Assembly (NCBI GenBank): GCA_045545455.1
Contig: JAZQAY010000120.1
Coordinates: 1,195 to 65,194 of the forward strand
Direction: 5' to 3'
Length of the DNA: 64,000 nucleotides
Origin: Anaerovoracaceae bacterium
GTDB lineage: Bacteria; Bacillota; Clostridia; Peptostreptococcales; Anaerovoracaceae
Positions 62,892-64,000 of the stretch are shown in pieces; the stretch's first letter is position 1, and each line of letters begins with the position of its first letter. The notes below the pieces were generated by a model. The model did no database searches and had not been told where the DNA came from. It worked only from the letters and a program-made list of their open reading frames with translations. The position numbers were made by a program, and so were the translations under genes.

Positions 62892-63644
62892 TTAAATATT
62901 TACAAATTCGCTTTTCAGATCTGATATATCCAGATGATAGGCCATATAGCCTTTAAGTATCTCCATGAGGCTGTCCGACACCCGGTCTTCCAGCGCCAGT
63001 TTCTCAAACCGTGAGAACGGTTCCTTCTTAAAGTAACTCAGGATATTAATTATATCAAAATCTATCTGATAAATCAACGATTTATCCCCATTAAGTTCAC
63101 CTGCGCATTCCCGGCAGATTATGCCTCCGTCTTCTATGCTGAAACGGGAAGCACGGCTGTTTCCCCTGGGCCTTCCGCAGCATGCACAGTAATCCAGTTC
63201 CGGCATGGTTCCCGTGGAGTCCAGAGCCTTTACTATGTAAGCCAGTATGAGGGTGTCGGTTTTTCTATTCCTCTTTTCGATGGCCTCCATGAATCCCGCA
63301 AGATCGCCGAAAAGCTTAGGCTGAGGGTCCTCCTCCATCAGGATCTTATCAGTAAGTTCAAGAACGTATGAAGCCGCCATATACTTATCCAGATCTTCGC
63401 CGATATCATAATAGCTCTTTATGACTCTGCCGCTGTTCAGGTTGTATACTTCTCTGCCCTTGAACAATTCGTATTCTCCGTAGGTAAAGGGTCTGGTGGC
63501 TAAGGCTGACTTATTCTTCCCTGAACCTGTAAGATTGGTACCCACCGAGATCTTGCCGAATTTTCTTGAGAACATAACGAGCATAGTCCGTCCGCTTACC
63601 GTCTTTATCTGTTTTAAAATGATCCCTTCAGTATCTGTGACCAT
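62892..63644 (-). CDS. recO: DNA repair protein RecO
   Basis: 250 aa with an OB-fold N-terminus and a zinc motif (CACCG...CREC). Typical era-recO-glyQS neighbourhood. Confidence 0.85.
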   Translation of the reverse strand: MVTDTEGIILKQIKTVSGRTMLVMFSRKFGKISVGTNLTGSGKNKSALATRPFTYGEYELFKGREVYNLNSGRVIKSYYDIGEDLDKYMAASYVLELTDKILMEEDPQPKLFGDLAGFMEAIEKRNRKTDTLILAYIVKALDSTGTMPELDYCACCGRPRGNSRASRFSIEDGGIICRECAGELNGDKSLIYQIDFDIINILSYFKKEPFSRFEKLALEDRVSDSLMEILKGYMAYHLDISDLKSEFVNI

Positions 63645-63650
63645 GTTCGC

Positions 63651-64000
63651 TCAGTTCTTCTCCTTGTATCCGAAGTTTGAAAGTGCAAAATCAGAATCCC
63701 TCCAGTTTTCCTTCACCTTGACCCAGAGTTCAAGCATGACCTTCATTCCCAGAAGTCCCTGGATCTCTTCTCTTGCAGACTTTCCTATACCTTTGATCTT
63801 CTTTCCTTCCTTGCCTATGATGATGGCCTTATGCGACTTTCTCTCACAGTAGATCACAGCCCCTATCCGGGCGAGGTCATTCCCGTTCTTATCCTTTTCG
63901 ACTTTGAAACTCTCTATCTCCACAGCAGCACCGTGGGGCACTTCCTCTTTAAGGTAAAGGAGCAGTTTTTCCCTTATTATTTCGCTTACGATGAATCTCT
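63651..64000 (-). CDS. era: GTPase Era, C-terminal KH domain (N-terminus outside the window)
   Basis: ...IYCERKSHKAIIIGKEGKKIKGIGKSAREEIQ..LELWVKVKENWRD. The frame stays open to the window edge. Confidence 0.85.
   Translation of the reverse strand, partial: RFIVSEIIREKLLLYLKEEVPHGAAVEIESFKVEKDKNGNDLARIGAVIYCERKSHKAIIIGKEGKKIKGIGKSAREEIQGLLGMKVMLELWVKVKENWRDSDFALSNFGYKEKN

Overview
This 64-kb chromosomal window reads like an anaerobic Firmicute: Clostridia-type gene content, AGGAGG-type Shine-Dalgarno (SD) sites and a split pylS. Most genes are on the minus strand. All calls come from reading the sequence and the ORF track against remembered family motifs; no searches were run.

**Housekeeping flanks**
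- Left: pdp-deoB, rmuC, ilvBN, infC-rpmI-rplT (attenuator leader, ATT start) and lexA.
- Right: pyrP-pyrR, ppdK, glyQS, recO and era.

**Accessory centre**
1. 9.3-20.7 kb is a pyrrolysine (Pyl)/methylamine island.
   - A corrinoid protein gene is followed by trimethylamine (mttB) and dimethylamine (mtbB) methyltransferase genes. Each is interrupted by one in-frame TAG, so the ORF track splits both.
   - A second operon follows: corrinoid reductive activase, pylC, pylSc, pylD, tRNA-Pyl(CUA), pylSn, pylB and a LysO-like exporter. This is a complete but scrambled Pyl cassette with the tRNA buried inside it.
   - TAG is still an ordinary stop here (6 of 59 visible stops, including pylSn and pylSc).
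2. 21-23.7 kb holds a divergent MT2 methyltransferase (fused to a thioredoxin-like domain), CobW and PadR.
3. 23.8-32.8 kb holds an orphan glycyl-radical enzyme whose Cys loop reads GCIQP rather than GCVEP. With it are an SDR, the activase, a Cys-rich/lipoyl-like protein and an AraC regulator.
4. 33.5-43 kb is a second corrinoid plus non-Pyl MttB-family module with two NhaC-type transporters.
5. 46.4-49.5 kb has a sigma-54 activator with an enzyme-like sensor domain, next to a sigma-54 promoter driving a 3 x 84-aa repeat protein.
6. 50-57.8 kb is a PilT/GspF type-IV-filament-like locus with four non-canonical pilin-like proteins and c-di-GMP/Hpt signalling genes.

Two long rod-like inverted repeats sit just upstream of the two activase genes.
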